Positions 28,201 to 41,410 are shown, counted from the whole stretch's first letter. The stretch is DNA of 61,340 bases, filler included, from Bipalium vagum (GCA_037834085.1; 3 parts of 3 records of this genome joined end to end with filler, not necessarily neighbours in it); one strand, 5' to 3'. The notes: a model not told the origin generated them from the sequence alone. Program-made: numbers and translations.

Positions 28201-31200
28201 CTTTGTTTGAGGTGCATTGTATTTTTTGTATCTTTTAACATCCTTTTTTATTCCGCCACATCTAGCACTCTTTTAATTTATTGCTACGACTGCAATCAAC
28301 TAGTTTCAAAATGTGATAAATTCTTATTTATTTGAAGTAACTAATTAGTCCTTTAAATTAAAAAAAACTGAGATTGTGTATATTTAAATTACGTTTTAGA
28401 GATAAAATATATCATACCCAGCTCAAATATAATTTGTCATGTCAACATTAAACTTTTTGTAGTATCACAATGCTGAATAAAGATTCTTGAAATATCTTGT
28501 AGCTTAAAATATCTAATGGAAATTTAATTTTCCAGATAAATTTTAGGAACATTTATTTTTTCATTTATCAATTTATAAGTCTTCCTTCCGAAAATAATAA
28601 ATTTAAAATATGTAAATTTTATTTGGAGAAATTATAGTCTGTCTGCACAATAGAAAAAATTATTTATATTTTTTTTGTTCAAAATTTTTTATTAGCCGAA
28701 TTTGAATAAAATTAACATTTTCAAAATTTTAATCAATATATTTTTATAAAAATAGAAATAATTACTGCTTAAATATAAAAACTTAAACATTTTTTTCAAA
28801 TTTCAATATTTTTTGGAATTTCAACATGCAATAATTGAATAAAATATTAAATATCCTTAAAATTATTATTATTATTATTAAAGATCTTTAGTCTAAAAAT
28901 AAATTTATCAATTCCGTAGTTATCAATTAATTGTGAATCTCCCTGAAAGTTATTGTCAATAATGAATTAAGAAAATTAATATTGATTGATAGATGCATAA
29001 GATTTAAACAAAACAGTTAGAAAAATCATTTTACACAATTGAGAACGTCAAAAATGAAAATTTGAAAGCATTATTAATATTTTTTGCAATTTAATTAAAT
29101 TTTTTTGTAAATTTGTCATTTTTAGAAATTTTTAAATATAAATAAATAATTTATAATTGAAAAAAAATATTCCGAAAAATTTCTACAGAAAAAAGAAATG
29201 AGCCATTTATATATAAAGTCAAATTCTAATAATCGAACTTCAATGGCATGTTTGTCACCATGATGACCGGTGTGTGTGTATGCATGTCTGTGACTGGTTG
29301 ATTAAATGAATGAACGTGTGGAAGTTTCTTTGTCAAAAGGCATACAAACCAACAAGCAGGCAAACACACACACACCACAACTGCAACTACTATTATTATC
29401 ACCACTATTTTTGACAGGCATTTCAATGTATTGATTAACTAGTGATAGAACTTATTGACAAAAATTATTGAGTACTTAACCGCAATTTGTTTTATATTAG
29501 TCGTTTAAACAGAAATCACAACTAAAAAAAATAGTAAATTTATTTAGAACGATGATGAATTTTTGGCGTACACAGAAAATTCTGAAAAAAGTTATTTTTC
29601 ATATAAAATATTTTTGTGGATAAGAATGGACTTGCGACATTTTTGATGTATCAAAAAATGATGGTTAATAAATTTTATCAAAAAATAATCAATAAAATAA
29701 TATCTACCTGAAAGTGTTAGGTGCATTGAATTAGATCCATTGTCTGCCATTAACGGGGTTCCATCGTTATTACTGCTGCTATTATTGTTGCCGTTATTAT
29801 TATTATTACTGATCATAGAGTTCATGTGACCCATTTCATGATTTGACGTTTCCATTGTCTTATTGAATTCGCCGCATCCAAAAGTCACAGGCATAGACAT
29901 CGAGCTGACTGTAGACAATTGATTGGAAGAAGGTGGCTGCTGGGCATTGACATCCACCATTACCGGTGCTGTGCTGGGTGTTGAAGTGGTCGTTGTGAAA
30001 ATCGATGTTTGTGAGGAATTTGAAGTGGAGTTTGTGACTGATTGAAATTTCGATTTCGTTAACGTCGATTGAATTTGTTCTAGTTTAGCCATTTTACTTT
30101 TGCGATTTTCAAGCTGTTTTTGTGTCAGTTGTTCGTATGGTTTTTGAAGTCCAATCAATCGATTTTGATTATACTGCTGTTGAATAAAATCAATAACCGC
30201 TGGATGATTATTGTGAAACTGAAAAAGAGTAGTTCGTTGTCTGGTATATTCTAAAGCTGCTTCATTGGCCATTTGCGTGGTAAATACCATTGCCTGCCCA
30301 GAGGGATTTTGAGTTAAATTTGAACCTGGTCCAACCATAACCATGGATGCATTAGAGGGATATGAAAATCGATGCTGGTTTGGAGGATATCTAATCTCGT
30401 TTCCCACCATAGGATCTAGATATAAAAATGTAATTTTTTTAAAGGTTTAATACATATTTCTGAATCTAATTTAATATTTTCCTATCTGTCTAAAATCTGC
30501 CTGAACTAAGTTCGAATCAAATACATCAAAAATTCTTTAGAATTCAGAAGATTGTTCGCTTATTAGTGAAAATTTTTAGTAAAAGAGAAATCAGGATTGT
30601 CTGAGTGTAATAAACTATGGTTATTTCTCATTCATTATATTTCCCATATGCCATAATAATTATCTTATTAGTTAAAATTTCTTAAAAAAATCCTTTCCAA
30701 AAAAATCAAATTAAGTTTTTGAACAGAGAAAAATACTCACCTTTGTTGAATGGAATACAAACTATAGTCCCTAACTGATCACATTATTACACTAATTTAA
30801 TAAACCTTTGGTGAAATAATAATAATCATAATAATAATAATAAGAAGAAGAATTATAATAATATAATTATTATTATAAGTACTAATAATAAGAATTCCTA
30901 TTTAATAATTTTATTTTATTTCTCAGAAGTGTGAAAGATAAGAAATATTGAAGAAAAGACTATTATAAAGATCTACTTGAAAAAGAACAAGAAAAATGCC
31001 AATACGGAAAAAATTATTTGCCAAAATTTTTGAAAGATTTTAACCTTCTGTAAATCAATAATTTTATGAAAATATAGAGAGCAAAATATAAGTACTAGAA
31101 AGTATTCTCATATAGCGCAATAATAATGTTTAATTTTTATGTTTAAATCATTCGTTTAAATTGTTGCAATATTCTTTAGATTGATTATGTCATGTAATCC

Positions 31201-34200
31201 ATAAATGATCCAAATAAGAGCAAATAATATTTAAATAGTCAGATTATGTTATACTTAAAAATATCTGGCTTTGCGACAGTTTTTATAGTACTAATTTCTG
31301 GGGAATTCTCTAAGATATTTTCAATGATTTGTTGACAGCAAATAGAAATTTGAAAAAATCTGCTATATAAAGAAATACAAGTATATAAAGACGTGTAATT
31401 AAACAAAAATGAAAAAAGTTGCGATTTCTAACAAAATAATGAAAAGGAAAAGTTTGTTGATAAAACAATTCAAGATCAATAACTATTTTCAAATAAAGTT
31501 AGCGGTTTATATTTAAATAAAAATATTAAGATAAAGTTCTTTATGCGAACTGTTACTTCTGAGATAATTAATTCCGAATTCCAGAACTAAAAATGAAGTC
31601 AACAAAATTTTAAAGATTTTGCACCAATCAAATTAAAGTGATTTTCTTAAAATAGATATATTAAACAATTTAATTTAAGCCATAGAACATTCAAAATAAA
31701 AATCAAATTTATCTTTGATGCAGTTCCATAAACATCATGTGTTACATTTGATTATTAGAAAACAAATATTTACGTAAACAAATCTATAAAAACAGTCAAC
31801 ACATCCTCTTATGACTCTTTATGTTTAACCTAACAAAACATATTAGATTTTATTCTAATCTCAAAGAACAGACTTTAATCAATCAATTAAAAACAAAAAA
31901 TCCTTTTTTTATTAAAAAATTATTGATTTTCATTAATGAGAAAATCTTTTGAACTTCATCTTTCTAATAGGGCCAAAAAAAGTTTTGCATTTAAACTTTT
32001 TAAATCCTGATCAATATTCATTCAGTCGGAAAAAAATCAATCGGGTCTCATTAATTTATCTCCGAAATTTGTGATCGATATTTTTCCATTACTTGTTAAA
32101 TATGATGGACGAAAACTTTCCTATGATCAGTTTTTTTACTAATAATTATTTCATTTATTCTTGTTTCATTCAATTAATAATCACTGTATATTTCAAAAAT
32201 TACAATCTCCAAAATAATTTCTTTCTTCCTTTTTTTTACTGATCAACTGTTTGTTGAGTATTTTATATTGATCTCAATATAATTCTGTAATAAAAAATGT
32301 TCTAACAATGTTCTAACATCTTCACAGTTTAAAAAACCACTAATTCAAAATAATATCATATATTATGATAAATATCATTTACGCAAAAAATTATAATTTT
32401 AAATATCATAATTAATAATAATGACAATAATTGGAAAACGAATAATAAAAGTAATATCTTTTCTCCTTTAGTGGAAAATAAATCTCTTTTAATTATAAAA
32501 AAGAGACAGAAACATCATTAAAATCGCTCTAACATAATTAAGTGGCTGTGATTAAACTATTTAAACAATAAATCATCTTTCTTGTGTTGGTATAAAAATA
32601 ATATTTTCCTTGAAATATCAGTCCGGTGACGAAATTTCTGATTAATCTTTAGAAAATGACATGTTTGAACAAAACGTTATTTCTTTGGAAGTTTTGTCTT
32701 GAAGACATAAATGATCTGGAAAATTTTGCTCAAAACTGAGTTAATAGTATAAGCTGTCCCAATAAGGATTTTAATTCTCATTGATTTCAATTATGAAATT
32801 GTTACATGTTATGTTTTGGCAGAGTAGTTCGAACAATCGTTAAATTTAATCTTTTGACTTTAATTACATATTATGACAAGATTTAAGACCCTGAAATAGG
32901 TGATTAGAGGATTAAATCAAAAAGTCTAGAAAATGTGTTAATTCAAAAAATGAGAAAACTAAGAAATTTTGCAGAAATGTTTTTGTCTGATGCAATCATT
33001 TAAGATTTTATCAAAAGTTCAAAAAATTGTCCTGTCAAATTTTCTAAAAAGTGTACATTATGAATTTGAATTCGTTCAAATGTAAATAACACCTCAGGGC
33101 ACATTCTAAACAAAACCATTCATTCATATAAGCAAATGGTAAATTCCACAGAACTATGTTATTGTTATTATTTCATAAAGTATAATCTGAAACTGTACTT
33201 CATTATGGTGTTTCATACAATCCATTATTTATTAGCATGATGCTTATAGAATGTCTGATTTCGAGATATATTTAACCTGTCAAATTAAAATGAAAATAAA
33301 CTGATCCAAAATATTCATTCCATTGTTAAAAAAAATTAATATTTAAAAAGAATGAAAACTTAAGAATTTAAGAAATCTTAAAAAGAATTCTCCGCCTTTC
33401 TTGGTTGGGAAAAAAGTTACCTTAAAAAAATTAAATAAGAAAATCAATAAAAATTCGTAGATAATACCAATATCAATAAAAATCAGTAAAAATTCGATCG
33501 AACATTGGTTTTGCGTGTTCTCTTACAGTTGTTATTAATATCCAGGTCTTTCATAAATGATCATAAAATTTATAGCGAAATCCAAAATTTCTTACGAACC
33601 AACACTATACATATCACAAGATTTGTAATTAAAAACCATTACTGTGCTAAAGAAATACAATTTCTTTTGAATTTCACTATAAATATTAAAACTCCGCATT
33701 AGGGTGCTTAATATTTTAGGGATTCAATTAATTATAGATTATAATTAATTAATTATTAATTATAGTTCGTTTAGAGTTGACATGATTTAAGAAATCCAAC
33801 AAATAAATGACCGAGGCATATGGGAAAATACGTTTGTATTATATTTAAATTAATTTTTGTTTAATTTAAAGTATTGGAATTCATTAAATAACCTTGCATA
33901 TGTTGAATCATTGGAGGATGGTACAGATTCTGGTGGGATTGTGAATAAGACATAGATATATTTGAAGGCTCAGCTTTAGGTTCACGACTCTGACATGCAG
34001 CCATCCGAGGAGACGTTTTAATCTGATTGTTATCAGCTGACGGTGTTGATGGGGCTCCATGAACACTGTGTGCAGGAGATGATACTGATCCATAAAGAGG
34101 TGAAGTCATATGGGCCTGAGAGCCTGGATAAGAGCTACTGCGAAGAATCATCTGTTGATTTTGAGCGCCAACATTAGAATTCATATATAATGATCCCGAA

Positions 34201-34666
34201 AATGAATCTAAAATAACTACTGGTTACTTACTGATTTTTCCACTATGGTTTGAAAAACAGCTATTTTTTGAAAATTTGAAAAGTTATCATTCATTTTAAT
34301 CACAAGAGAATATAGAAGAAACAGAGATGAAAACCAAAAGTAAAAATTTTGTTTATGATTAAATTTATAACAAAAAAATTTATGAATAAGAGAATTATTT
34401 TTATCTTATTATTATATTGCGGAAAATAAAAACTTATACAAAATAACAAAAATTGCAATAATTTCAATGATTCCTTTTTTTCAAGAAATAATCATTGAAT
34501 TTTAAGTAAATTAATATTTTTATGTGAAAAATCTAAAACTAAAAATCATCAATTAGAAAATTTCACACCTCATGGTATTAAACTTTACCAGCCAAATAAT
34601 TTTTAAATGAAAACAAAAACAGGAACATTTATTTTTATTATTCAATAAAGAATCAACAAATAATAT

Positions 34667-34706
<40 letters not shown>

Positions 34707-37700
34707 TAATATTATAATCCATTGAAATATACATTTTCTTACGAATAACATGAATTATCAATTAAACCATTTCTGAATTTTTATCTTACAAATTTTAATA
34801 TTTTCTGTAAGACTATTTAACAAATTAGAGATAAGAAAAAAGAAAGCGAGAAAATCATCACTCAAAATATTTTGAATTAAAAATTATTAATTAAATAAAC
34901 AAATACCAACTAGAAATAATTATATAGTCAGAAAAATACTTAAAAATCAAATCACATTAAATAATTTAAAATCAAATCAATTTCCAATTTTATAGAGATC
35001 ATGTTCATTTTATTAAGGACCATGAGCACAAATATGAATCAAAAATAATATTAATAATAATACTATTACTAATAATACATTTTAGAATTAATAAAAGATA
35101 CATTTCCCAGAAAGAAAAATTTGTCCAGTTCGAATTGGAAAAAATATAAATCGTCTTCTAAAAAATTGAACTTTTTAATCATATTGTCATTTTATTGTCA
35201 ATTATTTGATTGTAATGTTTTAAGAGTGATTGATTGATAATAATCAATATATTTTTCAATTAGTTCTGATTATATGCATATATCACATAAAGTGAGAAGC
35301 ATTGATATATAAAAAATATTCTGAAAAATCAATTACTAATGCCAGTACAGTCATCACCTGGATTATCGGACTTTTCTTGCTTAACAGTGACATTGGAAGA
35401 ATCAATACAGTTGTTGTTACCACTGTTGGGACCATTGTTTCCTAATGGTGTACACACTCGATTTAGTCCGTCATTATCTTGAACTTCATACATGTTTATC
35501 GAACAGTTTGAAATTGATTTTGGAATGGTAACATTTCCATAATAATCCGCAGAACTGCCACCATTCAATTCATTTTGTTCTCTATTCAATAAATTTGGAA
35601 CAAGCAGTTCTGTATTTTCTTGTGACAATTCACCACTTTCCAATGATGTACTAACCACTTCCAGCAAATGATCTTTAAGGAAAGCTCTCAAATCACCTTC
35701 TTCGTCTGAATGTCCTAATGAATTGATGAAAGTTCGCCATTGATCGATGGTCGGACCAACAACCACATCCCATTGAGCAGACAGAGAACTTTGTGGTTTT
35801 TCACGATAAAGACGCAAATCTGAATTAGCAGGTTGGAGTGTAATTTATAATTTATATCATTAAATAATATAAAATTATCTATCAATGGGAAAAAAATTTT
35901 CTTGAAAAAAGAAAAATTCGTTTGCATAAAGCTTTTCATATTCAATATAAATTTCATATCAAATTATTTATTTGTTATTTCATTTGATTGTAACCAGATT
36001 TAAAACGGTCACGTTATGCAATTTTTTTTTCTACCCTAGTTCAATAATATTTAATAAAATCATCTTATATTTGACAATCGTAAATAGATTATGGTTCTTC
36101 TCTCTTTTAAAATATAATTTATTAATCCAACGAACATTATAATATAAAATATCTCTGGTTTTTAATTTTTCTAAACCTATAGAATCATTATATAATCCAT
36201 ATTTCTTAAGCACATACTTTCCATATTTTTTTATTAAAAACTAACTGAACATTAGAAGAAAAACCCATCGATAAATTATTATAATAAAAATAATTGATCT
36301 AAAAAATTTAAATGTATGTGCAAGAGATGAAAATATAAAATATTCTATTTGATCGATTATCTAATGAAATTTTTTAATAAATTCTCAAAACTTTATCAAT
36401 AACCTATTGATGATTTTTTTTTAATTTTAGAATAGACAAATCATATCCCATTTTCTCAGAATCCATTTTCTATCACCATTATCCCTCAGAAAGACTTTAT
36501 CATATCAAATAAAAACAGTTTGAATTAAACGATAATTTTTCTTTAATCTCCTAAAATTCTCAACATATAGTTTTATCTTTCAAACTCGTTAACATAATAA
36601 ATTAAAAGAAAAGATGAACAAAATTCCTATATATCTGATTTACTTTTTCTAATCATTTTTCATTATTATAACTCGTTGAAAAACATCTTTAGAGCGAAAA
36701 AATTTAACATTTGTCTTATAACTAACTCAAACAATTATTTTTTATATATTTTTATTATGATTAATAAATATTGTAGTCAATTTATTTGTAAACTAATACA
36801 TTGATTATTAATGAAGAATGTGCTGAAATAAGTTGCCGATGTAATTTCTTTCGCAGAATTCGCGAAAATAGTAATTCAAAATTACAAAACATTTGTCATG
36901 CCCTGGTTCTTGCAAAATTCTTCCTGGTTAATATAAAATAATAACCATTGATTTTTGTACTATTTGAAAGTATATGAATAAACTATATAAAGGACCGAAT
37001 TTCAATGATTTACTTACTGCGTCATTAAGCATTAATGCTCAAAGAATGTGAAAAAAATCATTTTAATCATTAATAAATAAAGTTATTCCTTCTATCTCAC
37101 TAGATCAAAATCAGGATTCACCATAATATAATTCTTAATCAACAATCAATAATTTTGAATAAAATATCACTTGAATAGTGCAAAAAATAAATATTTTCTC
37201 TAATTTCTTTTAATAAATTCTTAAATTAACTCAAATATTGCTAATTCTTTCAGGATATAATTAATGTTATAATTCACTGAATAAGACAACTCAATAAAAT
37301 TTATTAAAAAAATGAAAAATGAAAATATCCAAAATTAAACTTTTTAATTGAATAATTTTAAATCAAAAAAATAAAATTGAAAAAATAATTTTTCATAAAA
37401 TGTTTGGTTTCTATATTTTCCCGGTTATATAATCATATTGTTCAGATCTTGAAAAGTTTATTTATTGAGACAATGTAATAATTTCACTTGCATAAAACAA
37501 GAAAATAATCACAAACTTATAACGGATTGATTGATTTATTAAATAAGGAATCATGTGAAACTAAAGTGTGCGTAAATAAGAAGTACTTCACTACATTTAT
37601 ACGGTGAAAGAATAATCTCATTAGCAAAAATAGATAATATCAATAGAATAAGAAAGTTAATAAAATTAATTAAAATATTAAAATTATTTAAAATAATGAT

Positions 37701-38375
37701 AATAATAATTATTATTATTAATTGAACAATTAAGCAATTACCATCCAAATAAACATAACTGCTGCCTTTCGAATCGGAACCGGCCTTTATTGCAAGTTCA
37801 TTCATTGAATCATCTGCAGTCTCTTCTTGTTTAATGTCACTAAATGGTTTGTTACCGCCACAAAAAGAATTATTATTATTGCCATTTGAACTGTTTCCGC
37901 TATTGAATCCATTCGGAGCAAAATTAAAATCGGGTAATTCATCATAAACAGTTTCAATAAGATTTTCCAAGAGTTTTGCTTTGTTTTCTGTAGTCAAGTT
38001 AAAAATTTGTCGTCCAGCACGCAACTGGAGAATATTAACACGGGCTGAAGTTCTTTTTTCATTGCTGAATGCATCTAAAGCTTTATCGACAGAAGAGATA
38101 GTGGCATTGGGAATTTTCAGAAATCTTAGAATTTGTACAACTAGGTACGCTAACGGTCGGTAATCTTGATTCTCCAATAATTTATATAAATCCTGTGACG
38201 GTATATTTAAAGTTAAAACAATTTAGACATATATATTTAACACCTGTAATCGGATTCTCGGAAATTTAAACCTCTGTTTATGCTGCACGAAAAATTGCAT
38301 CAAATATGGAAGTTTATAACGTTCAATATATTGAGTGGGAACAGTTGGGTCTTGATATATAAATGATATTGACAT
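19246..38375 (-). CDS. bcl9: BCL9/Legless-like beta-catenin coactivator with N-terminal DDT-WHIM1-WSD module; exons 38244-38375, 37742-38192, 35337-35819, 33893-34207, (30741-30770), 29708-30415, 25769-26823, 19246-20112; 3' end missing
   Basis: Junction phases 0,1,1,1,1,0,0, all GT-AG, giving a stop-free 4011-nt (1337 aa) frame. HD1 MVFTTQMANEAA..TLFQFH (~30207-30293); HD2 EQLTQKQLENRKSKMAKLEQIQSTL (~30060-30134); HD3 AQRQWELLRMEYMREK (~26639-26692). Also NLTSASLASLARL (~19810-19860), NLS-like KSKKRK, and Q/N/P/M-rich low complexity. The join between the DDT part and the BCL9 part is inferred from splice phase only. Confidence 0.75.
21968..23157 (-). mobile_element. Near full-length decayed rosa/DD41D-like Tc1/mariner element inside a bcl9-like intron
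   Basis: Imperfect TIRs (TAAGAGCTACTGAGTGTTATTGTT at ~21982 vs AACAATAACATTCAGTAGCTCTTA at ~23120). Transposase motifs WFQQDSTTCDT, GRIISK, DYSLWGYVKSDVYTSNP..I.QLKDNI, with frameshifts. Confidence 0.9.
34660..34715. repeat. (AAT)n microsatellite
   Basis: Run of aataataat with few interruptions. Confidence 0.85.
35653..38320 (-). other. DDT + WHIM1 + WSD (WHIM2/3) coding module (CECR2/RSF1-type) across exons 1-3
   Basis: DDT-like YKLPYLMQFF...FKFPRIRLQDLYKLLENQDYRPLAYLVVQILR; WHIM1-like FNLTTENKAKLLENLIE; WHIM2-like GSDSKGSSYVYLDDLRLYRE; WHIM3-like WDVVVGPTIDQWRTFINSL...LRAFLKDHLL. Confidence 0.7.
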
Positions 38376-39959
38376 TCTTCGATTGTTTATCACAAAATTT
38401 CTGCATTAAAAAATGTATATACAATTATATTTAAACAATTATTGATTACTGTATTGAAAAGATAACCTAGAGGCAAATTCAGTTTAAAGTATACATTTCA
38501 TAATTTATAATAATATATCTTTTTTGATCAATGGAATAAAGAAAATTATTAGTTTTATCACCCATATAATAGGAAATCAGTTATAGTCAAAAAAGACCGC
38601 AACAAAAATCAAATTCTGAAACATTTACAGTTACTTTAAATACAATTGATATTAGATGCATTCTACTTTCCAAAAATTTCTTTCCGCATGCAAATTTATA
38701 CACACATACTTTATATACTGCAGATACGATTAGACACACATACACACACAGTCAATGCACAATTGCTAAAAATAGTAATTTCCTTACCACTGATATACAT
38801 ACAAGCATTTACATATTAAATCGAATTTGGATGTCGACATTTGTAAGATTTATGTCCAGAAATAATATATTTCATAAACTTTGAATCAAAGTTTTCAACT
38901 TGAGCAGACAAATTATAAAAAGACTAAATAACTTTATAAACATTTTTCTATGTGTAAGATATTTATAAATGTAAATAATAACTTTAAACATTGTTGTCAA
39001 TATATAGTGCTAGGTGAGGTTTTATAAATAATATTAAAATAGAAATATATTATCTTTAGATGTACTTTATAAAAAAACAAAATAACTTCATACGAAAATA
39101 AGCTTAATTATAAGATAAATAATTAAATATTTATTAACTTAATTCAATTTCAAAAACTAGTACCAATTAACAACGAGAAAGTCATTAATAAGTTGAAAAG
39201 CAATAGTAAATATATATCACCAAATTTAAATTAATAAAAAAATTCTACATTTAATCAATATTATTAGCTGACAACAATAATCAATAATACGATATTTATT
39301 CTTAAATAATATTTATTAGAAAAGAATAAAAAACTATTGATTATCAGACTTACTTTGTAAATTTTCCACTAAATAATTTAAAACAAAATCAGAAGCATTT
39401 TAAAAAATGATAAAATTAAACCACTTATTTAATATATTATAATGCAATAAAACAAAGTATTTTTCAAAATTACAATAAATATAAAAATTTTATTAACTTT
39501 AAATGAAATTTGGTTAATTAAAAATTAAATATACATGATATGACAATTGAAAAATAAAATATTCACAATGTCAAAGTATTATAAATATCCTTTAACATTG
39601 ATTAAAAAATTATATTTGGCTTACTAATATTAGTATTTTATAATTCAAAATTTAATTTGATGTATTCTTAATTTAAATTAACAGTATATAGTAAATTAAT
39701 TACAATTAATATGATTTCAAATTTATAACAAAATTTTCAATAAAGTAAATTAATCTCTATATTTTATATACCGTTAACTTGATAATATGATATCAAGTAT
39801 TGTATTTATCTGTACATGCCTTTCAATAGACATTTAATGTATTAATATATGGACTATAAATTAAAGTAAAAGGATAAACTTAATAACTTTTCCTCTATAA
39901 TAAAATAGAAGTTAAATTTTAAAAAATCAGAGACAGTATTTACACATTAAATATTTTTA

Positions 39960-40520
39960 TTAACTACTATAGGTATCATTCTGTATAATAATTTGTGGAA
40001 ATTTTTCAAGTAATGACACAATTCCACTTTCGATGAAATATTTATCGTTTTTTCACCGAGCTCTTCAAGTGCAATTATCATGTTTTATCCACCAAGGAGT
40101 TTTGCAAGGTTCGAAATACATGACAATTCAATGGTGCAATATCAGAACTATATGATGGATGTGGTAAAATTAGTTTTCTCTGAGTGGCCAAAGATGTACA
40201 TGGCTTTACATCATCATAATGGAAACCTATACTTTTTCGATTTACAAATTCTGGGCATTACTTTTCTTAATTTTTCACAATAAAGATTGGAATTAATTGT
40301 TACGTTTCATTGAATTTTAAAATAAATTAATCTTTCATAATTTCATCATATCGAAAACGTGACATCTCTTTGATGTATATCAGCTTTAGATTGTGTTGCA
40401 AAGGGATCTCATCAAGAGTTTCGAAAATGATTCATTTTGGTTACTCTTTGAAAGGAAATATAAAGCACGAAGCATACCGATAATTGAGATTCAATTAGAT
40501 AATGTGGTACCCAAATATCA
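39960..40520 (-). mobile_element. mariner (DD34D, cecropia/Hsmar1-like) transposase remnant
   Basis: Minus strand FHYDDVKPCTSLATQRKL..LPHPSYSSDIAPLNCHVFRTLQNSL..FIESGIVSLLEKFPQIIIQNDTY matches FHHDNARPH..LPHPPYSPDLAPSDYHLFRSLQNSL. Confidence 0.85.
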
Positions 40521-40719
40521 AGTTTTTTTTAATTAAGAAGTTTTCTCAAATAATCAGAGTAAAGTAAAAATGGCTATTCAAAACCACACAAAACCATTTA
40601 TTTTTTAATAAAATAGCCCGTTTCATAAAATATATGGCTGAAAGCAATTTTGAACAGCCATTTTTATTCTACTTAGGTGAGAATCATGTATATCAATCAT
40701 TCAATTTATTTTCTTAAAA

Positions 40720-41336
40720 ATGGATGAAAATTGGTATTTTAGATGTTGTAAAAATATGACTTTGAAAATAAAATTCATCATAAAGATTCGATAAAACCTG
40801 AAAAAGAAACAATGAAAATACAAAGACATAAACGAACAAAAAACGATAAAATCAATAAAAAACAATGATTAAAAAAGTAAAGCAAAAGATCAATAAAAAT
40901 TTTAAATATTGAAGAAATCCAACAAAAATCAGTTTTTTAAAGAGTTTTTCAATCAGCTATTACAAATGATGAATTTTTAAATCAATTTTCAAGAGAGAAA
41001 TATACAGGAAAATAGCAGTTAAATTCCCAAATCCTTTTAATAAAATAATTTCTGTTCATCAATTTTCAAGACCAGGAACAAATATTGACAAAAGATTAAA
41101 AACTATGAAGTGTTACAAGATTATATTACAATATAATACAATATCAAATTCCTAAACCAGATTCTATTTAATAAACAGAATAGATCAAGCACCAATGAAA
41201 CATGATGTAAAATATATATCTGAAAATTTACAAGATAGATATATTGCTGCTGTTGAAATGGTACATCAAATAAACAATATTCAAAATCCAGTCCCAAGAT
41301 AAAAAAAATAAAAGAGCTTTAGTAAAATTAATTAAT
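40720..41336 (+). pseudogene. Polinton/adintovirus fragment (ZnF-like plus PLA2X), diverged paralog of 57250-57950
   Basis: PKPDSI.INRIDQAPMKHDVKYISENLQDRYIAAVEMVHQINNIQNPVPR, collinear with the 57.6-57.95 kb copy; multiple stops. Confidence 0.8.
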
Positions 41337-41410
41337 GCCGTCCACTTCATCTAGGAAGAGATCTCCACTTCCTAAGATGATTCGCGAGGCAAAACGAAGA
41401 TTATTTCAAG

